From: a bacterium | GTDB taxonomy: Bacteria > Bdellovibrionota_C > UBA2361 > CALJRW01 | Reading direction: 5' to 3' | DNA: 21,443 nucleotides | Assembly: GCA_031385045.1 (NCBI GenBank) | Contig: JANNBC010000056.1 | Coordinates: 1-21,443, forward strand | In this document: positions 12,122 to 20,099 of the stretch, piece by piece | How positions within the stretch are numbered: the first letter of the stretch is position 1 | Layout: each line of letters begins with the position of its first letter | Translations under genes and position numbers: made by a program | Notes under the pieces: model-generated | Told to the model about the DNA's origin: nothing | The model's input: the letters and a program-made list of their open reading frames with translations, nothing else | Database searches by the model: none

Positions 12122-12146
12122 TTATATCGGTAAATAAGACATATAG

Positions 12147-12190
12147 TCCGATTCTATAAATACAATTTATAGAATCGGAACTTTCTTTCT
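12147..12190 (+). terminator. Intrinsic terminator (15-bp perfect stem)
   Basis: TCCGATTCTATAAAT-ACA-ATTTATAGAATCGGA followed by ACTTTCTTTCT. Confidence 0.75.
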
Positions 12191-12191
12191 T

Positions 12192-12568
12192 GAAGCCGAG
12201 CAATTTGTATCACTTGTTTTTTATTCTAAATCAATATCATCCCTATTCTTCTGAGCTTCCAATACTCTTCTTCCATAGTCAGCAAGTTCATAAAGCCGTT
12301 TAATGCTTCAATGTTATGAATAACATACTGAGACTGTCCATTTTTACTAAGAATATAAGATTGATTTGAAGTTAAAACTTCTTAGCGAAAGGGGTTTGAT
12401 ACTGAAAACTTAGAAAGATTATAAGTGTTTTTTAATATTTCCATAGATAAATTAAAGTAAAATTTAATACTCATTTATCGCTGATTGTAAAAAATTGTTG
12501 TTTAGAAATGAAAATAAGCCACTAATAAGAATTAATAAGTACTGAAGTGCAAAAAGTTGCCTAGCTCC
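12192..12568. mobile_element. Long repeat-bounded element, copy A (~375 bp)
   Basis: Left GAAGCCGAGCAATTTG, right AAAGTTGCCTAGCTCC. Colinear with 14617-14973 (e.g. shared TATAAGATTGATTTGAA.TTAAAACTTCTT and GAAAGGG.TTTGATAC). Confidence 0.75.
12226..12444 (-). pseudogene. Phd/YefM-like antitoxin pseudogene
   Basis: MEILKNTYNLSKFSVSNPFR*EVLTSNQSYILSKNGQSQYVIHNIEALNGFMNLLTMEEEYWKLRRIGMILI*, with one internal TAA at 12382-12384. The pattern (LSxF, EV, xxILxxNGxxxxVIxxIE) resembles Phd/YefM. Confidence 0.55.
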
Positions 12569-12641
12569 AAAAGAAAATCCAGCCTAATTTTAGCCTAAGA
12601 TTGTTTGTCACATTGTTCTTCAGTTGTTCATAACTTAGTAA

Positions 12642-13823
12642 ATGCAACAGCAATATAATCCTCAAATTAATGCCCCAAAATCTAGTGCTGAGGTCTTTGC
12701 GACCATTAATCCCAATGTTGCCAACCGAATAATTGCCCTATTTGAAGATCTAATCACTAGTTCGATGAGAACAAATAATCCAAATTTGGAGCATTTTTTC
12801 AAACGAACAAGTAAGTTACTAAATCTAGAACAACAAATCGCCTTAAATGGATTAAAAGATATCCTTACTGTCGATAGCAAGCTTGATGTGATTCAGTCAC
12901 TTGGGGAGTTAGCTGAAAAATTCCTAGTTCATGTTGGAGTTGGAGTTAGTCTACAAGTCTCAATTTTGGCTGATGCCTTACGGGTGCAATATCAGATTCT
13001 AAAAATTAATCAGCAGTCTATTCAATTTAAAAAAGTCTATGGAGATGAAGGATTCTATCTGGCGAAAGGAAAACGTCATAGTGGTAATCTTCCCGATCAA
13101 GTTGCTTTTGCGATTGGACAATTTGTTTTAGTGAATGAAGATGCAGTTATTAACGATAGTAAAAATTATTATCAAATATTACCAAAGTTAATAGCTGCAA
13201 AGAATTTTTTTCCACAAGTGCTCGATCATTTAATCAAACAAGAAATGATGTTGGCAACAAAGTATGCGGAGGTAATTTGTTTACCTGCTATTTGCAGTGA
13301 AGAGGAGCATCATGCCCGAGATCATTTATTTGCAAAGTTGATCACTGCTAAGACTGAAGCCCCAACTCATCCAGAAATTCTAGAGAGTATCTTAAAATCT
13401 GATTCGACAATTAGGGCGTTAATACCTCTTGATGCTAAAAACTTAGAGTCAATTACAGTCATGCTACATGCTTCTGTAATGGAATATGCCGCCAAGCTTG
13501 GAGCTGTAATTGATGTCATGGAAAAATCTCTAAGTGCAGGGGAAGAGATGCAAGCTGTAATTAGTTTTTATAACTATTTTGCTGAGATGGAGATGTTTTA
13601 TGAATTTTCTAAAAAGGGCATCTCGGACACCTATAATTATCAGTCTGTTTACTTTCTTTGTGGGCGACATGTATTCTCAGGCTTAGCAGATCTAGGCATT
13701 CAAGATTACCAAGATTTATATCAAAAAGTTCAATTCGATCCTATTAGGGGACTAACGTTGCTTCATAATCTTTACGCCTTAGATTTTTACAGTCATCAGG
13801 AAAGATTAGAACTATTAAGTTAA
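12642..13823 (+). CDS. Hypothetical, probably all-alpha protein (393 aa)
   Basis: Long ORF with ATG start, L/E/A/K-rich; no motif recognised. Confidence 0.8.
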   Translation: MQQQYNPQINAPKSSAEVFATINPNVANRIIALFEDLITSSMRTNNPNLEHFFKRTSKLLNLEQQIALNGLKDILTVDSKLDVIQSLGELAEKFLVHVGVGVSLQVSILADALRVQYQILKINQQSIQFKKVYGDEGFYLAKGKRHSGNLPDQVAFAIGQFVLVNEDAVINDSKNYYQILPKLIAAKNFFPQVLDHLIKQEMMLATKYAEVICLPAICSEEEHHARDHLFAKLITAKTEAPTHPEILESILKSDSTIRALIPLDAKNLESITVMLHASVMEYAAKLGAVIDVMEKSLSAGEEMQAVISFYNYFAEMEMFYEFSKKGISDTYNYQSVYFLCGRHVFSGLADLGIQDYQDLYQKVQFDPIRGLTLLHNLYALDFYSHQERLELLS

Positions 13824-13850
13824 TTTGATACTAGATTTGTCTCTGGGTTT

Positions 13851-14186
13851 TTAGCTGATGATATCATTTAGTCCATTGATGACCATCTCTAACTCTTGAT
13901 CTGAGATTTCTCCAAGTCTTTTGCCAAGTCGCTCAGTTGATAGAGTGCGAATTTGGCTAATTTTAATCCATGATTTTTTGACTAACTTTGCAGATGTAAT
14001 TTCTAGAGTTAAAGGATATCCCACGCTTTGCTTCTGACTAGTTAGGGCTAGGGCAATCACAGTTCCTGAGTTTTTATTAAAAATATCATGACTTAAAATT
14101 AAGACTGGCCGTAATCCTTTTTGCTCATTACCTTTGGTCGGATCGAGATCTGCCCAGTAGATATTACCTCTTAGTATTCTGGCCAT
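13851..14186 (-). CDS. mazF: PemK/MazF-family endoribonuclease toxin
   Basis: RGNIYWADLDPTKGNEQKGLRPVLILS..FN and SQIRTLSTERL..RLG motifs. Confidence 0.95.
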   Translation of the reverse strand: MARILRGNIYWADLDPTKGNEQKGLRPVLILSHDIFNKNSGTVIALALTSQKQSVGYPLTLEITSAKLVKKSWIKISQIRTLSTERLGKRLGEISDQELEMVINGLNDIIS

Positions 14187-14413
14187 TCTTGATTATCAAT
14201 AAATAGTCCTTCGTCTGCCATCTTTTGTTCATGTTTAGGATTAAGCTTGCTGGATTCCTTTGCTAATCGGAAACGATCGATTCGCTGGATCTTTTCTTCC
14301 AAGGCTGCTTGAAAAGCTTTGCTTCGGTTGGGAAAAACACCACTGGCAACGAGTTGATCGATTCTTTTAAGCGTCTTTTCTTCTATGGTAATTGCAACTT
14401 TGCTGGTACTCAT
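14171..14413 (-). CDS. Ribbon-helix-helix (CopG-like) antitoxin; likely start at 14413
   Basis: MSTSKVAITIEEKTLKRIDQLV..FPNRSKAFQAALEEK, an RHH pattern; acidic tail overlaps the mazF start by 16 nt. Confidence 0.9.
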   Translation of the reverse strand: MSTSKVAITIEEKTLKRIDQLVASGVFPNRSKAFQAALEEKIQRIDRFRLAKESSKLNPKHEQKMADEGLFIDNQEWPEY

Positions 14414-14429
14414 TTGATATTTTATAAAA

Positions 14430-14448
14430 GTATTACGATTTATCATAC
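14430..14448. promoter_or_regulatory. Candidate autoregulatory operator of the TA operon
   Basis: Imperfect palindrome GTATTA-N7-TCATAC 17 nt upstream of the antitoxin ATG; overlaps a TATGAT -10-like hexamer on the minus strand. Confidence 0.4.
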
Positions 14449-14530
14449 CAGTTTTTAAATACAATTCATAGGAGTTTATTCTTAAATCGAGATTTTTAAG
14501 TATAAGTTGCAATACAAAGGCAAAATGTTC

Positions 14531-14613
14531 CTATTTAGCTACCAGCTTAATTTTGATTTCTCCTCCTAGAGCCTCAGAGATTGCAACTAAAGTTTTGACA
14601 GTTGGGTTTTTTA
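14531..14613 (-). pseudogene. C-terminal remnant of an XRE/HTH (antitoxin-like) gene
   Basis: NPTVKTLVAISEALGGEIKIKLVAK* is the typical second half of an XRE HTH. The N-terminal half is replaced by the repeat-bounded element. Confidence 0.65.
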
Positions 14614-14616
14614 TTT

Positions 14617-14973
14617 GGAACCAGGCAATTTTGATCATTTGTATTTTACTCTGAATCAATATCAGCTCTAATTTTCTGAGTTTCATGAACTCTTCTTCTG
14701 TAGTGAGCAAGATCACATACTTTTTAAATACCACAATATTATGATGAGGGTGTCCATTTTTATTAAGTATATAAGATTGATTTGAATTTAAAACTTCTTG
14801 GTGAAAGGGATTTGATACCAAAAAACTTTGAAAAATTGTAAGTGTATCTTAGTGTCTCCAGAGTTAAATTAACCTAAAATTTAATGATGATTTATTAAGG
14901 ATTATCAAAAAGAGTACTTAGAAGTATAAATTGCTTCCTAGTTAGAATCGATCCGCGAGAAAAATTGCCTGCT
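14617..14973. mobile_element. Long repeat-bounded element, copy B (~357 bp)
   Basis: Left GGAACCAGGCAATTTT (14617-14632), right AAAATTGCCTG-CT (14961-14973); homologous to 12192-12568 in the same orientation. Confidence 0.75.
14633..14861 (-). pseudogene. Phd/YefM-like antitoxin pseudogene, second copy
   Basis: LETLRYTYNFSKF / LVSNPFHQEVLNSNQSYILNKNGHPHHNI...LLTTEEEFMKLR. CTG stands where copy A has ATG, there is a +1 frameshift in the A6 run at 14820-14825, and a short in-frame deletion after NG. Confidence 0.5.
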
Positions 14974-14989
14974 AGGAAATGAAATTGAG

Positions 14990-16192
14990 TTAGACAATAA
15001 GATCTGAATTCTCAACCCCTATGGCCAGTCCAGTACGATCCCTTTCTTCCAGTGCTACCCTACGTTGCTGGTCTTCCGCAATTCGTGCGTTAACCCACTC
15101 TAGATCAGTAAGATTTTTAATTGTTAATTCATGATTAGCGATTGTTTCATCAAATTTTTGAAGTACATCCCCTAAGTAATCTGCCTTTTCTAGTTTGCAT
15201 TTAATAATATCTTTTAAACGAATGAGAACCTCATGATTTGCTAACTGTCTATCCGCTTGATCGGCATAATCACGTTGAGTCATTTCTACTTTATGAGGCG
15301 TGCCATAGAAAGTGGCATTGACTATTACCGTTGATAACCACCAAATCACATTCTGTGGAGGCTGATCTAGAGATGATTTTGAAAGCTTTTTTGAAGATGT
15401 AAAATCAACAATCCCAAATCCTTCTTCCCGATCATAGAAGAAGTTGGAAGGTTTTGGATCGATTTCAATACCACGCCGATTAGCTTCAATTACTGTTTCC
15501 AACAAATCCAATAACTGCTGATTAGTAATTGATCGGACATCCTCAATTGTTAATTTTCCAATTTCTTTTCCTGACATTAGCTTGGCAACAGTTACTCCAT
15601 CATCATAAGAAGCAGCAACAATCTTTTCCATCTGAGGAAGATCAAGACTTAGGCAGGCGCCGCTAATATGAAAATCTACAACGGAGACATTAACTTTTCC
15701 ACCGTTTGGAATACGTACAGCATATCGCTCTCCATTATGAGTGATAGCAAAAACTTTAGCGTTTGATCCTTTACCAAGAAACGTCGGATGCTCTGTTGTA
15801 GACTCTAGCTGAAGAAGTTCTAACTTTAATTCTTCAACTAATGGTTTAAAATCCTGGTATGCATTAAGAATAATTATCCTTTCAGCGATCTCACAGTAAT
15901 GTGTTCCACCGACATTTTTTAGAAACTGCCGATAATCTTCAGTTCGGGCAACAGGGATAATTGTTCCTGCGGGAACGCTACCACTTTTATTATCTTTAGT
16001 TTTAAATTCCTCGCGATACTCGGATCTCATTACAACGCGAGTCAGGTCTGTCATGCCTTGCTCAGCCAGAGCTGAAGCTTGATCCATCACATATTTACAA
16101 TCATTGAAATTAGGAATTGTCTGACTAGCGAAAGTCACTATTTGTGCCGTTAGCTCTAATGTGGTTTTAGGCTTGGAAGAAAATGTTGACAT
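14990..16192 (-). CDS. Atypical protein-kinase-like protein
   Basis: FLGKGSNAKVF Gly loop, YAVR (VAIK position), GIEIDPKPSNFF catalytic loop and IVDF Mg-binding motif. Confidence 0.75.
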   Translation of the reverse strand: MSTFSSKPKTTLELTAQIVTFASQTIPNFNDCKYVMDQASALAEQGMTDLTRVVMRSEYREEFKTKDNKSGSVPAGTIIPVARTEDYRQFLKNVGGTHYCEIAERIIILNAYQDFKPLVEELKLELLQLESTTEHPTFLGKGSNAKVFAITHNGERYAVRIPNGGKVNVSVVDFHISGACLSLDLPQMEKIVAASYDDGVTVAKLMSGKEIGKLTIEDVRSITNQQLLDLLETVIEANRRGIEIDPKPSNFFYDREEGFGIVDFTSSKKLSKSSLDQPPQNVIWWLSTVIVNATFYGTPHKVEMTQRDYADQADRQLANHEVLIRLKDIIKCKLEKADYLGDVLQKFDETIANHELTIKNLTDLEWVNARIAEDQQRRVALEERDRTGLAIGVENSDLIV

Positions 16193-16380
16193 TCAGTATA
16201 GCGAAACAAAGGAAGTTCTAGTTAATCAATCCAAATCAATGCTTTGCTTCAGAGCTTTTACTACTCATGCTCGGCTACGTTCAAGATAAGGTTCCGGCAA
16301 TAAAAGGCCTAAAGGGCATTATTTTAGCTGGTGGCATGGAGAATGGAATCAAATTACTTGTTTAGACAGATGTTGTTTGT

Positions 16381-16539
16381 ATGAATATGTCGGAGAGAAA
16401 AGCGCAGTCTTCCCTTGCCGTTGAGCCAGTGCAAGGAGCGTTACCACTAGCCTTAGAAAGGGTGACAAGTAATTCTCGGGAGGAGTTTGTGGGTGATATG
16501 AAACCCGCAATATTTAAAAGAGAGGAAAGCGCAATCTGA
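16381..16539 (+). CDS. Possible 52-aa small ORF or gene fragment
   Basis: MNMSERKAQSSLAVEPVQGALPLALERVTSNSREEFVGDMKPAIFKREESAI*, in a locally GC-richer tract; no motif. Confidence 0.25.
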   Translation: MNMSERKAQSSLAVEPVQGALPLALERVTSNSREEFVGDMKPAIFKREESAI

Positions 16540-16657
16540 AAATCCTAAAATTATTAGACAAGAGATAAAACCAGATACTATTATTACACGTGAGAATCTT
16601 GGTCAGTTTATTAATTATATTGCTACACAGCCGATTGTTTATCATGGCACTAATAGA

Positions 16658-17272
16658 ATGTTATTAGATAGTATTTTGGAGCGGGGGATTAACCGCGAAT
16701 CTGCCCCTATCAATCAGAGCAATTGGCCAGAGTTTCGACGCATTTGCCATGAAGTTTTAGGGGAGAAATCATATGAGGTTCCTGGTTTAGATCTCGATAT
16801 CACAGATCGAATAGGCGAAAGAGTATTTGGAACAGGTCAATTTTGGACTGCGGCGAGTTATGCCATGTGCTCAGTGGGAGAGGCTGGGCACCGGATGTTA
16901 CTTACGATTCCAGGATTATTAGAGCGAAAAGATCTTTCGACTGACTCCAGAAATATTTTAGAAAAGATACAAGAAGATCTAGCGCCACTGGCAAAGGAAC
17001 ATGCGCCAGTTGTTATTAGGATAGGTGGCGGTGCACTTGACCTGATAGAAGATTATCAACATTACAAGGAAGAGGGTATTCGCCCAGGAGTAGCTTTTGT
17101 CGTTGATGCCTTTCGTCATATGAAGAACCCAACAGCAGATGATTTAATCGATATGATTAGAGGGATGATTGGGGTTAATGCCAGCTTTGTAAGGATCGAA
17201 CCTAAAGATATTATTGGATTTATTGATCAAGTGGATAATAATGGTAAGCTAATCCGACCAGAGAACGAATAA
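16658..17272 (+). CDS. Hypothetical protein (204 aa)
   Basis: ORF with ATG start, GC-richer than its flanks; no motif recognised. Confidence 0.75.
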   Translation: MLLDSILERGINRESAPINQSNWPEFRRICHEVLGEKSYEVPGLDLDITDRIGERVFGTGQFWTAASYAMCSVGEAGHRMLLTIPGLLERKDLSTDSRNILEKIQEDLAPLAKEHAPVVIRIGGGALDLIEDYQHYKEEGIRPGVAFVVDAFRHMKNPTADDLIDMIRGMIGVNASFVRIEPKDIIGFIDQVDNNGKLIRPENE

Positions 17273-17279
17273 TGTCAAA

Positions 17280-17322
17280 AAAGTAGCATGGCTCGAAATC
17301 CAATTAAAAGTTGCCTGGCTCC
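17280..17322 (+). repeat. Tandem pair of 16-bp repeats
   Basis: AAAGTAGCATGGCTCG (17280-17295, 13/16) and exact AAAGTTGCCTGGCTCC (17307-17322), 27-nt period. Confidence 0.75.
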
Positions 17323-17397
17323 AAAAAAATAAAATATTGTGATTATATCTTGTGCCACGCTTCCTTAATCTTAAGTAACTCAAATTCGAAGAAGAAT

Positions 17398-18465
17398 CTA
17401 AAAATCCTTCACCAACTTACCACCTTGATTAGAGTATACAGCTACTTGATGTTTAAGATGACGACCAAATTCCTTATCTTTCACAAACTCTAATTTTTCA
17501 ATTGGCAAATTATCTAGTTCTGCTTTGGAAAGATATGAAAAATAATCTTTTGATTGATCCTTCTTAGCTAACTGACTTAATTGAGAAATTAGATCGAGAC
17601 AGACCCAACCAGAGGCAGATTCGCCAAAGTAAGAAATATTATTAAACTTTGCTTGCAAGGTCGCAATAAAACTATCGGCAATCGAAGCATAGGCAAAGGC
17701 TAATTTGCTTGATAAGGCGATGAAGAGTTCTTGGAATGTTGAATCAGCAAAGATATCACCGCCAATAATTGGCACTATAAACTTTTGTGCAGCGGCTTGT
17801 CGAGCAAAGGTAATTGCTTGCTCTGGCATTGTTAATAAATAAACAGCATCAACTTGCTTACTTTTTAATTTTGCAATTGTAGAATTAAAATCAGCAGTAT
17901 CATTAGGAACAAAATTCTCTAAAAGCTGACCATTTAGTTCTTTGCTCAGCAACTTTACTCCCGTTACGGCATTTCCAATATCAATCGATACCGCCGCGGG
18001 GTTTACTGATTTGTGATATTTAAAAAACTTAGCAATATAGCTGGTTAGTAAATCAACCTTAGAACTTAAGGTAATCACATACTCTCGGTTTAAGGCGTCA
18101 GGATTCATTGATACTAGAATTGTTGGAACTTTCTTCTGTTCTACAATTGGCGCAATTACTCCACTTGGAGTATTCCCCCAGACAACCAAGAGTTGTACTT
18201 TATTAATCTCCACAAGTTTCTGAGCAGCGCTAATTGTATCTTTGCCATCATAACGATGATCTTCAAAGATAATTTCAAGTTTCTCAGTATCATTTGGCTT
18301 TTGACCCTGCCAGAGTTCTACTCCACGACGAAAAGCTTCTCCCATTGGGGCTACTGGCCCGCTAAGTGGAAGTACAATTCCCACCTTAAATTTATCTTCT
18401 GCTAAGAGATTGTTAGCAAAAGTAAGGATAATGATGAAAAAAAGTGTTTTAGCGATAGTGTTCAT
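17398..18465 (-). CDS. LivK/LivJ-like (type I fold) periplasmic substrate-binding protein; likely start 18465
   Basis: Signal peptide followed by KVGIVLPLSGPVAPMG..G, IIFED..D, AQKLVE and DFNSTIAKLK motifs. Confidence 0.88.
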   Translation of the reverse strand: MNTIAKTLFFIIILTFANNLLAEDKFKVGIVLPLSGPVAPMGEAFRRGVELWQGQKPNDTEKLEIIFEDHRYDGKDTISAAQKLVEINKVQLLVVWGNTPSGVIAPIVEQKKVPTILVSMNPDALNREYVITLSSKVDLLTSYIAKFFKYHKSVNPAAVSIDIGNAVTGVKLLSKELNGQLLENFVPNDTADFNSTIAKLKSKQVDAVYLLTMPEQAITFARQAAAQKFIVPIIGGDIFADSTFQELFIALSSKLAFAYASIADSFIATLQAKFNNISYFGESASGWVCLDLISQLSQLAKKDQSKDYFSYLSKAELDNLPIEKLEFVKDKEFGRHLKHQVAVYSNQGGKLVKDF

Positions 18466-18587
18466 AAACTTGCAATTTAAATACCAATGGATTCTTACCA
18501 ATTGGGCTTAATTTGAAATCTACAATACATGAAACAACTAGTGGAGGACAAGAACTATCAGTGGTTTTCCTTTAGTTCATGTCATTC

Positions 18588-18603
18588 GGTGCCAGGCAAT
18601 TCA
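18588..18603 (-). repeat. Solo inverted copy of the 16-bp repeat
   Basis: GGTGCCAGGCAATTCA versus reverse-complement consensus GGAGCCAGGCAACTTT (12/16, core GCCAGGCAA intact). Confidence 0.65.
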
Positions 18604-18814
18604 AAATGATTCAAGTAAAGAAATGGGCGTAAAAATTTAGGCTGTAAAATGCATATGATATCAGTTATAATATGAAATACATGCTCTACTAAGTTCTAGG
18701 TAGGGCTTACGCTGAAATTGAAGGTGCTTAATGCAAAACAACATTAAGGGTTATGAAAGTTAATTGGGGAATTGAGTGTCCTCATTTCTTAATTTAATAA
18801 GATTTGTCAGTATT

Positions 18815-19315
18815 ATGCGAGCATTTACATTAATTGAGTTGTTAGTAACTGTTGCCATTCTAGCAATTCTTGCTTCGCTAGCAATCACTAATGTAGAATT
18901 ATATCGCTGGAAAGTTGATCGACTTGAATTTATTTCTTTATCAAGACAAGCAATTGTAGCTGGCATCTCTGGTCTAGCGGATGGAAAAATTGGTCAAGTG
19001 TTTGTTAATCGATTAAATGGCACTTTTGGATTTTTAGTAGAAGAGGGGCAAGTACAAGGTAAAGACGTGTTCACAGGCCCTGATGATTATAAAATACTTT
19101 TTCCTGGATTAAGTTTACCTAGCTACATGGTTTTTGAAGGTAGAATTTCAGCTTCTAGTAACACCTACATGATTCCACCCTTAAGTGTGACAATCGGTTC
19201 GTGTAAGGTTAATGATAAAGATGGACATTACCTCTTTGCTAATTTTAATGATCGATCGTTAATGTATTTAGGGCGGTATGTGTCTACTACTAGCGATTGG
19301 ATGCAGGGTTGTTGA
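18815..19315 (+). CDS. Type IV pilin / pseudopilin-like protein; likely start 18815
   Basis: MRA|FTLIELLVTVAILAILASLAI N-methylation motif with E5; C-terminal Cys pair. Confidence 0.88.
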   Translation: MRAFTLIELLVTVAILAILASLAITNVELYRWKVDRLEFISLSRQAIVAGISGLADGKIGQVFVNRLNGTFGFLVEEGQVQGKDVFTGPDDYKILFPGLSLPSYMVFEGRISASSNTYMIPPLSVTIGSCKVNDKDGHYLFANFNDRSLMYLGRYVSTTSDWMQGC

Positions 19316-19382
19316 GATTTGAAAAGTTAAAAGACCTAAAATTAATGTTTTCTAAGAATTTATCCGATATAGATAAAGTTAT

Positions 19383-19910
19383 ATGGAAAGAATTTATATA
19401 AACAATAAGGCGTTTACCTTGGTAGAGTTACTTGTAACTGTAGCTATTATTGGCATATTGGCTAGTATTTCAGTTGCGTTATATGATCAATATAGGTTGC
19501 GTGCATATGAGGCGGAAACTTCAACTCACGCCTTAAATTTTAGGACTTCATTAAACGCTGGAGTAATCCAAGGAAAAGGTTTTAGTCAAATCCTTGTAAC
19601 TGTTAGTCCCTCAATAACAAATGGTGGCCAAGTCTTTGCGATACCACTTAATTCAGTAAATTTTACTACAAACGATTGGCAAAATTATTTACCTGGATAT
19701 ACGCCAGTTCCTTATATTAAAATACAAGGTCAATTATATCCTAATTCTACGAGTTCGGCTGTTATGAGTTATGTTGTATCTATAAACTGCAAGGCAATAA
19801 AAAATAGCCAATTTTATTCTTATCAATTTTCTAGTGTAGTTGCCAGCAATGGAGTAGGAAGATATCTCCCTAGTTTTCTTCTAAATGCACGGTATGGCCT
19901 TAGTTGTTAA
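19383..19910 (+). CDS. Type IV pilin-like protein
   Basis: NNKA|FTLVELLVTVAIIGILASISV..Y..YR.RA..AE; C-terminal Cys pair. Confidence 0.9.
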   Translation: MERIYINNKAFTLVELLVTVAIIGILASISVALYDQYRLRAYEAETSTHALNFRTSLNAGVIQGKGFSQILVTVSPSITNGGQVFAIPLNSVNFTTNDWQNYLPGYTPVPYIKIQGQLYPNSTSSAVMSYVVSINCKAIKNSQFYSYQFSSVVASNGVGRYLPSFLLNARYGLSC

Positions 19911-19942
19911 GTTATTCGGTTTTAGATGGTAACTTAATAATT

Positions 19943-19989
19943 GCAACCCAACAACTCTTATAGTTTGTATTTTAATCTGAATCAAGATC
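19943..19989. repeat. Left-end fragment of the repeat-bounded element
   Basis: Degenerate 16-mer GCAACCCAACAACTCT followed in register by TATAGTTTGTATTTTAATCTGAATCAAGATC (26/31 to 14633-14663). Confidence 0.65.
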
Positions 19990-20099
19990 CAGCCCTCAAA
20001 TCTATATGATGGAAGTCATAGGTAACATTCTCTGACTAGCTTATCTTAGTCTCTTTTCAAGTGATTAGGCAATTAAGCCAAAAAAATATAAGGAATAAA

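Noticed and set aside
7387..12203. Overlapping ORFs 7387..7611, 9656..9838, 10280..10465, 11365..11556, 11742..12071, 11810..12103, 11919..12203
   Set aside because: Alternative or antisense frames overlapping better-supported genes or repeat DNA; no recognisable features.
14414..14512. N-terminal extension of the antitoxin ORF (start at 14512)
   Set aside because: The RHH pattern begins at MSTSKVAITI (14413); the extension covers the probable promoter/operator.
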